A stretch of 56,166 bases of DNA from an uncultured Streptantibioticus sp. (lineage in GTDB: Bacteria; Actinomycetota; Actinomycetes; Streptomycetales; Streptomycetaceae), in the NCBI GenBank assembly GCA_964398515.1, contig CAYNNX010000004.1, positions 1 to 56,166 on the forward strand, read 5' to 3'. Numbering within the stretch: position 1 is the first letter of the stretch; every line of letters begins with the position of its first letter. The notes below the pieces were generated by a model. The model saw only the letters and a list, made by a program, of their open reading frames with translations, ran no database searches and was not told the origin of the DNA. This document shows, piece after piece, positions 25,024-34,575 of the stretch. The position numbers and the translations under genes were made by a program.

Positions 25024-27450
25024 TCAGGCGGCCGAGTGCAGCGGGACCGCGGCGTCCGGGAGCGCCTGCTCGGTCCAGATGGTCTTGCCGTCGGGGTTGT
25101 AGCGGGTGCCCCAGCGCTGGGTCATCTGGGCGACGAGGAAGAGTCCGCGGCCGCCCTCGTCCTCGTTTGTGGCGTAGCGCAGGTGCGGGGAGGTGTGGCC
25201 GCTGTCGGAGACCTCGCAGATGAGCGTGCGGTCGCGGATGAGCCGCAGGTGCACGGGTCCGCCGGCGTAGCGGATGGCGTTGGTGACCAGCTCGCTGACG
25301 ATGAGTTCGGTGGTGAACGCCAGTTCCTCCAGGCCCCAGTTGGTGAGCCGGTCGTTGCTGAAGGCGCGCGCGTCCTGGACCGCCGCGGGGTCGGGGGGCA
25401 GTTCCTGCACGGCGATGTGGTCGGCGCCGAGCATGCGGGTGCGGGCCAGCAGCAGGGCGGCGTCGTCCGGCGGGGGGCCGGCGAGCAGGTCGGCCAGCGC
25501 GTGGTCGCACAGCTCCTCCAGGGGGGCGTGGCGCCGTTTCAGGACGCGGGAGAGCCGGTCGAGGCCGACGTCCACGTCGCGTTCGTGGGTCTGGAGGAGC
25601 CCGTCGGTGAACAGGGCGAGCAGGCTGTCTTCGGGGAGCACCAGGTCCGCGCTCTCGAAGGGCAGCCCGCCGAGGCCCAGCGGCGGCCCCGGGGGCAGGT
25701 CGGGGAAGAAGACACCGCGTCCCGGATGGACGACCGCGGGCGCGGGGTGCCCGGCCCGGGCCATGCTGCACCATCCGGAGACCGGGTCGTAGACCACGTA
25801 GAGGCAGGTCACGCCGAGGGCTTCGGGGTCCTCGTCGTCCTCGCCGGCCCTGAAGTGGGCGGTCTGCTCGACCTGGTCGTCCAGCCGGGCGAGGAGTTCC
25901 TCGGGGGCGAGGTCGAGCTGGGCGAGGGCGCGCACGGTGGTGCGCAGCCGTCCCATGGTGGCGGCGGCCTGCAGCCCGTGGCCGACGACGTCGCCGACGA
26001 CCAGCCCGACGCGGGTGCCGGACAGCGGGATCACGTCGAACCAGTCGCCGCCCACGCCGACCCGGCTGTCGGCGGGCAGGTAGCGGTGGGCCACCTCGAC
26101 GGCGGTCTGCGGCGGCACGTGCCGGGGCAGCAGGCTGCGTTGCAGGGTGAGCGCGGCGGCGTGTTCGCGCGCGTAGCGGCGGGCGTTGTCCACGCAGACG
26201 GCGGTGCGGGCGGCCAGCTCCTCGGCGAGCGCGAGTTCGCCGGGGTCGAAGGGGGCGCGGCCGGGGCTGCGGACGAGCGTGACCAGCCCCATGGTGGTGC
26301 CACGGGCGCGCAGCGGGACGAACAGCCGTGCCCCGGCTTCGCGCCGCTCGCCCCCGGCGCCCTCGACGACCGGCCGTCCCGAGGCCAGGGCGCGGGCCTG
26401 CGCGGAGGCGGGCGGGTGGTCGATCAGGGCCCGGCCGTGGAACGGGGAGGCGTCCCCGACCCGGCCCTCGACGCAGACCAGGCGCCGGCCGCCCAGTCCG
26501 GCGGCGTCGGGCTCCTTTCCCTCCAGGACCGGTTCGAGCACGTCGACCAGGACGTCGTCGGCGAACTGCGGCACGCAGACCTCGGCGAGCTGGTGCGCGG
26601 TGGCGGCCACGTCCAGGGAGCCGCCGATCCGCGAGCCGGCGCGCACGAGCAGCGCCAGCCGCTGCTGCGCGTGGTAGCGGTCGGTGATGTCGACCGCCTC
26701 CTCGCAGACGCCCAGCGGGTCGCCGCGTGCGTCGAGCAGCCGGTAGTACGAGCACGACCACACGTGCTCGTGCCCGCGGTCGGGATCGGCGGGGATCCGG
26801 CCCCGGTAGTGGACGTCGACGACGGGTTCGCCGGTCTCCAGCACCTGCCGCATGAGCTCCTCCAGGCTCGACGGGTGGCCCGGGGAGAGCACCCGGCCGT
26901 CGGGGTAGAGGTCGTCGGCGGGCCGGCCGGAGAACTGCGACAGGGGAGCGCCCAGCTCCTTGCCGACGGCGGTGTTGGCCCACACCAGGTGCAGATCGGT
27001 GTCGTAGATGGCCAGCTGTACGGGCGACTGGGTGACCAGGCCGCGCAGCATCGCCTGGACGCCCTCCCACTGGCGTACCTCGTCCAGCCTGGCGGCCATC
27101 AGGATCACGGCCGGTCCGTCACCCGCGTGGCCGAGCGGGCAGGCGCCCATCACGACGCGGACGGCGTGGCCGTCGCGGTGACGCAGGTCGAGGACGGTGC
27201 TGGGGATGTCGTCGTCGCCGGACAGGTTGCGCGGCCAGGGTTCCGGGCCGGCGGCGGCCTGCGCAGGGTCGGCCAGCAGCGCGGCCGCCTCCCGGCCGAT
27301 GATCTCCTCCGGCCGGTAGCCGAGCACGTCGGTGGCGACGGGGCTCCAGCCTGCGACACGGCCGGCGGCGTCCACGACCGCGGTGACCGCTCTTCGTACG
27401 TCGAGGGGGCCCCGGAAGCTTCCGCTGTCACCCGTGTCCCATGCGTTCAT
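25024..27450 (-). CDS. PAS-PAS-GAF-PP2C(SpoIIE) phosphatase with a C-terminal RsbW-like HATPase domain
   Basis: Start at ATG 27450 (MNAWDTGD...). PP2C motifs GGDWFDV, VVGDVVGHG and FTDGLL. C-terminal SELVTNAIRYAGGP...GGRGLFLV matches the anti-sigma-kinase type. Confidence 0.85.
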   Translation of the reverse strand: MNAWDTGDSGSFRGPLDVRRAVTAVVDAAGRVAGWSPVATDVLGYRPEEIIGREAAALLADPAQAAAGPEPWPRNLSGDDDIPSTVLDLRHRDGHAVRVVMGACPLGHAGDGPAVILMAARLDEVRQWEGVQAMLRGLVTQSPVQLAIYDTDLHLVWANTAVGKELGAPLSQFSGRPADDLYPDGRVLSPGHPSSLEELMRQVLETGEPVVDVHYRGRIPADPDRGHEHVWSCSYYRLLDARGDPLGVCEEAVDITDRYHAQQRLALLVRAGSRIGGSLDVAATAHQLAEVCVPQFADDVLVDVLEPVLEGKEPDAAGLGGRRLVCVEGRVGDASPFHGRALIDHPPASAQARALASGRPVVEGAGGERREAGARLFVPLRARGTTMGLVTLVRSPGRAPFDPGELALAEELAARTAVCVDNARRYAREHAAALTLQRSLLPRHVPPQTAVEVAHRYLPADSRVGVGGDWFDVIPLSGTRVGLVVGDVVGHGLQAAATMGRLRTTVRALAQLDLAPEELLARLDDQVEQTAHFRAGEDDEDPEALGVTCLYVVYDPVSGWCSMARAGHPAPAVVHPGRGVFFPDLPPGPPLGLGGLPFESADLVLPEDSLLALFTDGLLQTHERDVDVGLDRLSRVLKRRHAPLEELCDHALADLLAGPPPDDAALLLARTRMLGADHIAVQELPPDPAAVQDARAFSNDRLTNWGLEELAFTTELIVSELVTNAIRYAGGPVHLRLIRDRTLICEVSDSGHTSPHLRYATNEDEGGRGLFLVAQMTQRWGTRYNPDGKTIWTEQALPDAAVPLHSAA

Positions 27451-27525
27451 CGCACCAGCCCGCCGCGTTTCGTCCTCCCAGCATCGTCCCGCCGTGCGGC
27501 CAGGCACAACCGCCGCCGGTCCGGC

Positions 27526-29178
27526 TCAGCCGCCGGGGACGACCTCCACGGAGCCGATGTACTCCTGGGTCTCGGCGTCGGCCAGCCGGACGGCGTGCGC
27601 CCAGAAGTAGATCGCCAGGCTGAAGGCGGCCACGATCGCGATGTCCCACCACAGCGGGATGCGGTCCGTCGCCCCGCAGGCCGCCCTGGTGGCCGGGCCG
27701 GTGCTGCAGAAGCCGCCCTGCCAGGAGATCACGCCCATGCCCAGGAGGTAGACCGGCAGCCACTGGGCGGACTTCCAGTCCATGTGCGGGACCTTGGGGT
27801 TGAGCCGCAGCGCCGCCGACAGGCCCAGCAGCAGGTAGCCGAGGACGATGGCCACGCCGAGCCGCCACAGCGTGTCCCAGCCCGACCAGTAGATGATCAG
27901 GTTGGAGACGATGAAGGCCACCGGCGCCCAGAACATGCCGCCCGGCAGCCGGTAGGGGCGCGGCCGGTCCGGGTCCTGCTTGCGCAGGCAGCCGAAGGCC
28001 AGCGGTGCCCCCGCGTACATCAGCACGCTCGCCGAGGTGACGAAGCCGACGAGCTTCTGCCAGGTGGGGAAGGGCAGGAAGACCACGAGCCCGATGGCGA
28101 AGGCGAACAGCAGGCTGAACCACGGCACGCCGCGCTTGGTGGTGCGCTCGAAGATCTCGGGCACGTAGCCGTTGCGGGACAGGCCGTAGGAGACGCGGGA
28201 GGTGGTCGTGGTGTAGATCAGGCCGGTGCCGGAGGGGGAGACCACCGCGTCGATGTAGAGCAGTGTGGCGAGCCAGCCGAGCCCCACGGCGGTGGCGAGT
28301 CCGGCGAACGGGCCCGTCTTGCCGGCGAAGGTGAGGTTGGCCCAGCCGTGGGCGAAGGCGCTGTGCGGCAGGGCGGCGATGAAGACCACCTGGAGGGCGA
28401 CGTAGATCAGGACGCCGATGAGGATGGAGCCGATGACGGCGCGGGGGATGTCCCGGGCCGGGTTGCGGGCCTCGCCGGCGAGCTGGTCGGCCTGCTCGAA
28501 GCCGAGGAGGGCGAAGATGATGCCGCCGGTACTGACGGCGGAGAGCACGCCCTTGGCGCCGAACGGGGAGAACCCCTGGTAGCCGAAGTTCCCGCTGTGC
28601 CAGGTGGTCGCCGCCAGCACGATGATCGTGAAGACCGGGATCGCCACCTTCCACCAGGTGGCCGCGCTGTTGGTGTGCGCCAGCCACTTGATGCCGAAGA
28701 AGTTGACGGTGACGAAGAAGGCCATGAAGGCCACGGCCAGTCCGTAGCCGGCCGGGGTGAGGTGGTTCTTGCCGGTCTGCACCCACGGCACGTGGACGCT
28801 GAGGTAGTTGAGAGACGCCATCACCTCGATGGGGGCGACGGTGACGGCCTGCAGCCAGGAGAACCAGCCGAACGACGCACCGGCGACGCTGCCGAAGGCG
28901 TAGTGCGGGAAGCGCGCGGTACCGCCGGCGACGGGGTACATGGCGCCGAGCTCGGCGTGCACGAAGGCCAGGACGATGATGGCCAGGGCGCCGATTCCCC
29001 AGGAGAGGAGAGCCGCGGTGCCGGCGGCCTGCGCCGCGAACAGCCCGCCGAACAGCCACCCCGAGCCGATGATCGAGCCCTCCGAGGTCCAGATCAGCCC
29101 GATAAGCCCGATCTCACGCCTGAGTCCGGGGTTCTGCGGCGCTGCGGGGGCCGGTGCCGACTGCGTCTCCATGTGCAT
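27526..29178 (-). CDS. APC family permease, long 14-TM type (paralogue of 13459..15051)
   Basis: 550-aa track ORF. Motifs GSGWLFGGLF and LAGEARNPARDIP; polytopic. Confidence 0.85.
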   Translation of the reverse strand: MHMETQSAPAPAAPQNPGLRREIGLIGLIWTSEGSIIGSGWLFGGLFAAQAAGTAALLSWGIGALAIIVLAFVHAELGAMYPVAGGTARFPHYAFGSVAGASFGWFSWLQAVTVAPIEVMASLNYLSVHVPWVQTGKNHLTPAGYGLAVAFMAFFVTVNFFGIKWLAHTNSAATWWKVAIPVFTIIVLAATTWHSGNFGYQGFSPFGAKGVLSAVSTGGIIFALLGFEQADQLAGEARNPARDIPRAVIGSILIGVLIYVALQVVFIAALPHSAFAHGWANLTFAGKTGPFAGLATAVGLGWLATLLYIDAVVSPSGTGLIYTTTTSRVSYGLSRNGYVPEIFERTTKRGVPWFSLLFAFAIGLVVFLPFPTWQKLVGFVTSASVLMYAGAPLAFGCLRKQDPDRPRPYRLPGGMFWAPVAFIVSNLIIYWSGWDTLWRLGVAIVLGYLLLGLSAALRLNPKVPHMDWKSAQWLPVYLLGMGVISWQGGFCSTGPATRAACGATDRIPLWWDIAIVAAFSLAIYFWAHAVRLADAETQEYIGSVEVVPGG

Positions 29179-29235
29179 GCACCCCTTGTTCCGGTATGGG
29201 GGATGTTCGGGGCGTTTCTCCGGACACAGTCCGCT

Positions 29236-29260
29236 TTGTCAGATTTTAAGTTCATGACAA
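29236..29260. promoter_or_regulatory. AT-rich dyad TTGTCA-N13-TGACAA (candidate operator/promoter element)
   Basis: Perfect 6-bp inverted arms around an AT-rich spacer (gattttaagttca). It sits in the 200-bp divergent spacer between the APC permease (start 29178) and the GH3 lipoprotein gene (start 29379). Confidence 0.25.
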
Positions 29261-29378
29261 GGAAAGCGAAAGTCGCCTGGCCGATCTCCGCATGCGGTGT
29301 GCGCCGGCCTGTGGTCGGCTGAAACGGGTCCCGGGTCGCCCGCCCGGTGCCGACCGACGCACGAGGAGCTGATCCGCC

Positions 29379-30671
29379 GTGTCCGCATCGCAGTCTCCCG
29401 CCGCCGGCCGACTCGGGTCGGCAGCCGCGCTGCTGAGCGCAGCACTCGTCGTCGCCGGCTGCGGCGGCGGGCAGCCGCAGAAGGCGCCCTCGTTGAGCTC
29501 CGGCTCGGTTGCGCGGCCGTCGAGGCCCGTGCCGACCGCCGGACCCACCACGGCCCCGCCCAGGCAGCCAGGGGCGACCAGCCACGCCCCGCTGCCGCCG
29601 CCCCCCGACCGGCCCGCGCGGTCGTGCGTGGAGCGGGCGCTGGCGGGGATGTCCCCCGCCCAGCGCGTCGGGCAGCTGTTCATGGGGTCGGTGAGCACCG
29701 CCGGGGCCGGTGCGGCGAGCGTGGAGGCCTTGCGCCGCGCCCACGTGGGCTCGGTCATGCTGACGGGGCACACCAGCGCGGGCGCGGCGCACATCCGCGG
29801 GGTCGTCGACGCCCTGCGCTCGCTGACGCTGTCGGTTCCCGGGGCGACCGTGCGGCCGCTGGTCGCCACCGACCAGGAGGGCGGCACCGTGCAGGTGCTG
29901 AACGGGCCCGGCTTCTCACCGATCCCGAGCGCCGTCGTCCAGGGCCGGCGGCCCCCCGCACAGCTGGAGCGTCAGGCGGCGCAGTGGGGACGGCAGTTGC
30001 GCGCCGCGGGCCTCACCGTCAACCTCGCACCCGTGGCCGACGTGGTGCCGGCCGCGCTCAGGTCCGTCAACGCGCCGATCGGCCGGCTGTCGCGCGAGTA
30101 CGGCAGCGACCCCGCCACGGTCGCGCAGGCGAGCACGGCCTTCCTGCGCGGCATGCGGCAGGCGGGCGTCCTCGCCACGTTCAAGCACTTTCCCGGCCTC
30201 GGCCGGGTCACCGGCAACACCGACTTCGCGGCGAACGTCACCGACACGGTCACCACGCGCAACGACCCGTACCTGGCGGGGTTCCGCGCAGGCGTGCAGG
30301 CCGGGACGCCGTTCGTCATGGTCTCGTCGGCCGTCTACAGCCGGATCGACCCGAACCGGCAGGCCGCCTTCTCCCCCGTGGTCATCCGCGGGATGCTCCG
30401 CGGCGATCTGGGGTTCCGGGGGGTCGTCATCTCCGACGACCTCGGGCACGCCGCCGCCGTCCTGGCCGTCCCGGCCGGGCAGCGGGCCGTGCGGTTCCTG
30501 ACCGCCGGGGGCGACATGGTGCTCACCGACGACCCGCGGACCGTGGCCCCCATGACCGCGGCCGTCCTCGGGCGACTGCCGACCGACGCCGCGCTGCGCA
30601 GGGACGTCGACGACAGCGTCCGCCGGGTGCTCACAGCCAAGCAGAGCGCCGGGATGCTCACCTGCCGCTGA
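29379..30671 (+). CDS. glycoside hydrolase family 3 (NagZ-like beta-N-acetylhexosaminidase) lipoprotein
   Basis: 430-aa track ORF with GTG start. Lipobox LVVAGC. GH3 N-terminal domain motifs VATDQEGGTVQ and KHFPGLGRVTGNTD. Confidence 0.8.
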   Translation: MSASQSPAAGRLGSAAALLSAALVVAGCGGGQPQKAPSLSSGSVARPSRPVPTAGPTTAPPRQPGATSHAPLPPPPDRPARSCVERALAGMSPAQRVGQLFMGSVSTAGAGAASVEALRRAHVGSVMLTGHTSAGAAHIRGVVDALRSLTLSVPGATVRPLVATDQEGGTVQVLNGPGFSPIPSAVVQGRRPPAQLERQAAQWGRQLRAAGLTVNLAPVADVVPAALRSVNAPIGRLSREYGSDPATVAQASTAFLRGMRQAGVLATFKHFPGLGRVTGNTDFAANVTDTVTTRNDPYLAGFRAGVQAGTPFVMVSSAVYSRIDPNRQAAFSPVVIRGMLRGDLGFRGVVISDDLGHAAAVLAVPAGQRAVRFLTAGGDMVLTDDPRTVAPMTAAVLGRLPTDAALRRDVDDSVRRVLTAKQSAGMLTCR

Positions 30672-30737
30672 GCGTGCGCCGCGGCCCGCCCGCTTGAGCC
30701 GGTCGCGGGCCGGGCACGATCCCGCCGGAGGTGTCAT

Positions 30738-30995
30738 ATGGACGGGCACGATCTCGACCGGACCGCCGACGCCGCGATCGCCTGCGCGCTGCGCGACGAC
30801 GCCGAGGGCCTCGGGGCGCTCATCCTGCCCCTGGACGCCGGGGAGTTGCGCCGTCTCGTCGCCCGCCTGGCGGCACGGGCCGCCGACGGCCTGAGCGGCT
30901 GGGCCGGGAACGCCGGGGGCACCCGGGAGGACACACTCGCCCTGTGGCAGGCCGCGATGCTGCGCGCCGAACGCGAGCGCGGCGCCGGGGAGTGA
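30738..30995 (+). CDS. small hypothetical protein (85 aa)
   Basis: ATG with GGAGG SD 6 nt upstream; high GC3; no recognisable motif. Confidence 0.5.
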   Translation: MDGHDLDRTADAAIACALRDDAEGLGALILPLDAGELRRLVARLAARAADGLSGWAGNAGGTREDTLALWQAAMLRAERERGAGE

Positions 30996-31045
30996 CCCGC
31001 CCGGCGGGCGCCGACCGATCTGTCCCGCGGCCGGGTCGGCGGGGC

Positions 31046-32239
31046 TCAGGCGTGGCCGTCGTCGGCGTCGAGCCAGGCGGTGATCTCGGCGGTGTGCTCG
31101 CCGAGCCTCGGGGGGCGGCTGCGGTAGCGCGGCGGGGTGCGGGAGAGCCCGATGGGGTTGGCGACCAGGTCCATCGGCGCGCCGCCCTCGCCTGCGACGG
31201 TGACCCGCGGCCGCAGCCCCAGCCGTTCGGCGAGGTCGAAGGCGCCGGCGAGGTCGTTGACCGGGCCGCACGGCACCCCCAGCGGGGTGAGGAGGTCGAA
31301 CCACTCGGCCGCGGTGCGGCGGCGCAGGCGCCGGGCGAGTTCGGCGGCGAGTTCCTCGCGGTTCGCGACGCGTCGGGCGTTGCTCGCGAAGCGGGCGTCG
31401 GCGGCCAGTTCCGGGGCGTCCAGCCCGTGGCAGAGCGCCGCGAACTGCCGGTCGTTGCCGACCGCTATCACGATCCGCCGGTCGGCCGCGGCGAACAGTT
31501 CGTAGGGGGCGATGGAGGGATGGCGGTTGCCGAGGATTCCGGGGACGACTCCGGCGAGGGTGTATGCGGCGGACTGGTTGACCATGCTGGACAGCAGGGT
31601 GGACAGCAGGTCGACCTCGACGTGCTGGCCCTCGCCGGTCGCGTCGCGGTCGCGCAGCGCGGCCAGGATCCCGACCGCGGCGTGCAGCCCGGTGAGGACG
31701 TCGACGAGGGCGACTCCGGCCTTCACCGGCTCGCCGGGGCCCGGCCCGGTCACGCTCATCAGCCCGCCGACCGCCTGGAGCAGCAGGTCGTAGCCGGGCA
31801 GCGCGGCGCCCTCGCCGGAGCCGAAGCCGGTCACCGAGCAGTAGACCAGACCCGGGTTGAGCCTGCGCGCCTCCTCGTAGGAGAGGCCGTACTGGGCCAT
31901 CGTGCCCGGGCGGAAGTTCTCCACCAGCACGTCGGCGCGGCGGACGAGCTCGGTCACCTGCCGCAGGCTCACCGGCTCGCGCAGATCGGCACCGAGTGAG
32001 CGCTTGTTGCGGTTGACCGACAGGAAGTACGTGGCCTCGTCGTGCGCGTACGGCGGCCCCCAGGCCCGCGTGTCGTCGCCCCGCAGCGGATGTTCGACCT
32101 TGACCACGTCCGCCCCGAGGTCGGCAAGGAGCATCGTGGCGTAGGGGGCCGCGAGCACTCGGCCGAAGTCGGCGACGAGGATGCCCTCAAGAGGGCCGCC
32201 GGGCGTGCCGTGCGGGGTGGGGGTGGGGGTCGCGGTCAC
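31046..32239 (-). CDS. CaiB/BaiF family (class III) CoA-transferase
   Basis: Start moved to GTG 32239 (AGGAGG SD upstream) inside track ORF 31046..32371. The N-terminal motif GILVADFGRVLAAPYATMLLADLGADVVKVE is typical of the family. Confidence 0.85.
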   Translation of the reverse strand: MTATPTPTPHGTPGGPLEGILVADFGRVLAAPYATMLLADLGADVVKVEHPLRGDDTRAWGPPYAHDEATYFLSVNRNKRSLGADLREPVSLRQVTELVRRADVLVENFRPGTMAQYGLSYEEARRLNPGLVYCSVTGFGSGEGAALPGYDLLLQAVGGLMSVTGPGPGEPVKAGVALVDVLTGLHAAVGILAALRDRDATGEGQHVEVDLLSTLLSSMVNQSAAYTLAGVVPGILGNRHPSIAPYELFAAADRRIVIAVGNDRQFAALCHGLDAPELAADARFASNARRVANREELAAELARRLRRRTAAEWFDLLTPLGVPCGPVNDLAGAFDLAERLGLRPRVTVAGEGGAPMDLVANPIGLSRTPPRYRSRPPRLGEHTAEITAWLDADDGHA

Positions 32240-32421
32240 CGGCTGCCTCCTGCTCGATCCGCGCGGCCGCTGCCGCGCGGCGCCCATTGTGGCCGCGGCG
32301 AGGGGTGCGCGCAGGTGACACGATGTCCTGCCGCCGCCCCCGGGGGCACTCCGTTTTGGCCAGTCACGCAACCGCCCGCGAGGGTCGGACGGTTGCGGTC
32401 AAGCCGGGGGGATCGCCCGGT

Positions 32422-33018
32422 TCACCCGGTTTCCTCCCGGACGCCGAGGAGCGCGCGGGCGGTGCCGAGGACGAGGTCGGCGTAGCGGTCGGGCGTCATG
32501 CCGCCGCCCGCCGCGACCGCCATGTCGCACCCGTCCACCAGGGCCGTCAGGGCGCCGACCGCGGTGGCCGCCGGGACCGCGGGGGTGAACTCCCCGCAGC
32601 GCACGCCCGCTTCGACGATGTCGGCGACCAGGGAGTGCCATTCGTCGTGGACGCGCCGGACGCCCTCACGCAACCGCGGGTGCCGGGAGGCGCCGGCGCA
32701 GAACTCGGTCCAGGTGGCGCACCGGCGCAGCAGGTCGGGGTCGCCGGAGAGCTCCCTCACCAGCAGTTCGAATCGGCGCCAGGGGCCGCTTTCGCCGGCG
32801 GACGCGCTGCGCCGGCGGCCGACGAGGTCGGTCAGGGCCCACTCGAAGGCCTCCCGCAGGAGCAGCTCCCGGGTCTCGAAGTGGTGCTGGATCGAGCCGA
32901 TGGACACCCCGGCCGCGTTCGCCACGTCACGCAGGCGCACCCCGTCCAGACCGCGCTGCGCCGACATCCGTGCCGCCGCCCGCAGGATATGCTGCCGCCG
33001 CGCGTCCTCGACCGTCAC
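32422..33018 (-). CDS. TetR family transcriptional regulator
   Basis: 198-aa track ORF. HTH motif VRLRDVANAAGVSIGSIQHHFETRE. Confidence 0.9.
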   Translation of the reverse strand: MTVEDARRQHILRAAARMSAQRGLDGVRLRDVANAAGVSIGSIQHHFETRELLLREAFEWALTDLVGRRRSASAGESGPWRRFELLVRELSGDPDLLRRCATWTEFCAGASRHPRLREGVRRVHDEWHSLVADIVEAGVRCGEFTPAVPAATAVGALTALVDGCDMAVAAGGGMTPDRYADLVLGTARALLGVREETG

Positions 33019-33062
33019 CCGCCGCTCCCCCTCGCGTCACGTCGGCCACAACGCTGGTTAAT

Positions 33063-33076
33063 AATAACGCGTTATT
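33063..33076. promoter_or_regulatory. perfect 14-bp palindrome AATAACGCGTTATT (candidate TetR operator)
   Basis: Sits within an AT-rich patch (ggttaataataacgcgttattgtgacc) 45 nt upstream of the tetR start and 78 nt upstream of the divergent GT-C gene. It overlaps a TATTAT -10-like hexamer on the minus strand. Confidence 0.5.
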
Positions 33077-33136
33077 GTGACCGGTGACACACTCGAAAGC
33101 GCGGTGAGGGGCCAAGTGCCTACAGGAGGCAGGGCG

Positions 33137-33157
33137 ATGGGGGCGGCCGCCCTATGA
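33137..33157 (+). other. 6-codon leader ORF (MGAAAL) whose stop overlaps the ATG of the downstream gene
   Basis: Perfect AGGAGG (33124-33129) lies 7 nt before ATG 33137. The TGA at 33155-33157 overlaps ATG 33154 (ATGA). The downstream gene has no SD of its own. Confidence 0.35.
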
Positions 33158-34575
33158 GTGTCCCGGACAGCCGGTCTCGGATGCCACAGGGGATCGCCGC
33201 CGCGACGGCGCTGCCGGGAGCCGGGCGAGTGGCCGTCGCTCCCGATCCGCGCGTCACCGCCATCCAACGCCTGTACGCCCACGCGTACGAGCGGGTGCTG
33301 TGCCGGCCCCGGGTCGCCGTCGGCCTGTCGGTGGCCGCCGTCGTCCTGCTGGTGCTGACCGGTGCGAGCGCCCCCAACAACCACACCCTCCCGGCGCCGC
33401 TTCCGCTGCGGCTGCTGCCTCCGATGCCCGGGCTCGCCTCCACCCTGGCCACCCTCACCGCCATCACGCTGGCCTGCCTGGGGCTGTGCGGGCTGCTGGG
33501 GGCGAACAGCCGCGGCTGGCGCCCCGACAGGCGCAGGCTCTACGCCGCGGGCGCCGCGGCCGTGCTCCTCGTCGCCGACCTGACCCCGGTCGGCTCCTCC
33601 GACACGGCCAGCTACGCCGCCTACGGCCGGATCGCCGCGCTCGGCGGCGACCCCTACCTGACCACCCCGGCCCAACTGGGCGGCTCCTACGCCCACATGG
33701 TCAGCGACACCTGGCTGACCACCCCCTCGGTCTACGGTCCGGCCGCCACCTGGCTCCAGGAGGCAGCGGCCCAACTGGGCGGTCAACGGCCCTGGTTGAC
33801 GATCTGGCTGCTGATGCTCGCCAACGCCGCGGTGTTCCTGGCCACCGGGCACCTGCTGATCCGAACCTGCGGCGACCCCGTGCGGGCCGCGCTGCTGTGG
33901 ACCGCCAACCCGCTGCTGATCGTGGTGCTGGTCGCGGGCGGCCACCTGGACACCTTCGTCGCCGCGCTCGGGGTCTGCGCCGTCCACCTCGCCCGCCGGA
34001 CGGCCCGGCCGCGGGACGAGCTGCTCACCGGCCTCCTCGTCGGCCTCGCCTGCGACGTCAAGATCAGTGCGCTGCTGCTGGCACCGGCCGTGCTGTGGCC
34101 GTCGCTGCGCCGCCGCGCCTTCGGGAGCGCCGCCCGGCAGGCGGCCGGCTGCGCCGCCGTCCTGGTCGCGGGTTACGGCTGGTACGGGACGCACGCCCTG
34201 GCGCCGCTCTCGGCGGCCTCGCACCTGGTGTCCGTGCCGTCGGTGTGGGCCGCGTTCCAGGCCGTCACCCACGGCGTCCTCGGCCCTGACGCGACCAGGA
34301 CCGCGGTGGCCCTCGGCTGGCCGGTGCTGATGGTCCTGCTCGCCCGGGCCCTGCACCGCCGCATCGCCGGGCACGCCGCGCCGGCCGCCGCGTGGGCGTT
34401 CGCGTTCACCTTCGCGTGGATCCTCGCGGCGCCCTGGTCGATGCCCTGGTACACCGCGATCGTGTGGGCGATGGCGGCCTGCCTGCCACGCGGTCCGCTC
34501 CTGCGCCCGCTGATCCTGACGACCGCGGTCCTCGCCCTGGGCCACAACAGCGGCGGCCACGGCTGGCGTTGGTGA
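33154..34575 (+). CDS. GT-C fold integral membrane glycosyl(mannosyl)transferase-like protein (GT87/MptB/DUF2029-like)
   Basis: 473-aa track ORF with more than 10 TM helices. The first extracytoplasmic loop carries SSDTASYAAYGRIAALGGDPY, a D..Y......G..Y pattern that I associate with polyprenyl-phosphate-sugar-dependent GT-C enzymes. Confidence 0.7.
   Translation: MSVPDSRSRMPQGIAAATALPGAGRVAVAPDPRVTAIQRLYAHAYERVLCRPRVAVGLSVAAVVLLVLTGASAPNNHTLPAPLPLRLLPPMPGLASTLATLTAITLACLGLCGLLGANSRGWRPDRRRLYAAGAAAVLLVADLTPVGSSDTASYAAYGRIAALGGDPYLTTPAQLGGSYAHMVSDTWLTTPSVYGPAATWLQEAAAQLGGQRPWLTIWLLMLANAAVFLATGHLLIRTCGDPVRAALLWTANPLLIVVLVAGGHLDTFVAALGVCAVHLARRTARPRDELLTGLLVGLACDVKISALLLAPAVLWPSLRRRAFGSAARQAAGCAAVLVAGYGWYGTHALAPLSAASHLVSVPSVWAAFQAVTHGVLGPDATRTAVALGWPVLMVLLARALHRRIAGHAAPAAAWAFAFTFAWILAAPWSMPWYTAIVWAMAACLPRGPLLRPLILTTAVLALGHNSGGHGWRW

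Noticed and set aside
25036-29322. 1428-aa plus-strand ORF antisense to the PP2C regulator and the APC permease
   Set aside because: Shadow frame. It crosses an intergenic region and two independently supported minus-strand genes.
32259-32396. Two GC-rich hairpins (CCGCGCGGC-cgct-GCCGCGCGG at 32259-32280; GCAACCG-N15-CGGTTGC at 32368-32396) between tetR and the CoA-transferase gene, considered as terminators
   Set aside because: Neither has a U-tract on the minus-strand transcript, and the genes are likely co-transcribed. They may still be attenuator-like, but I cannot support a call.
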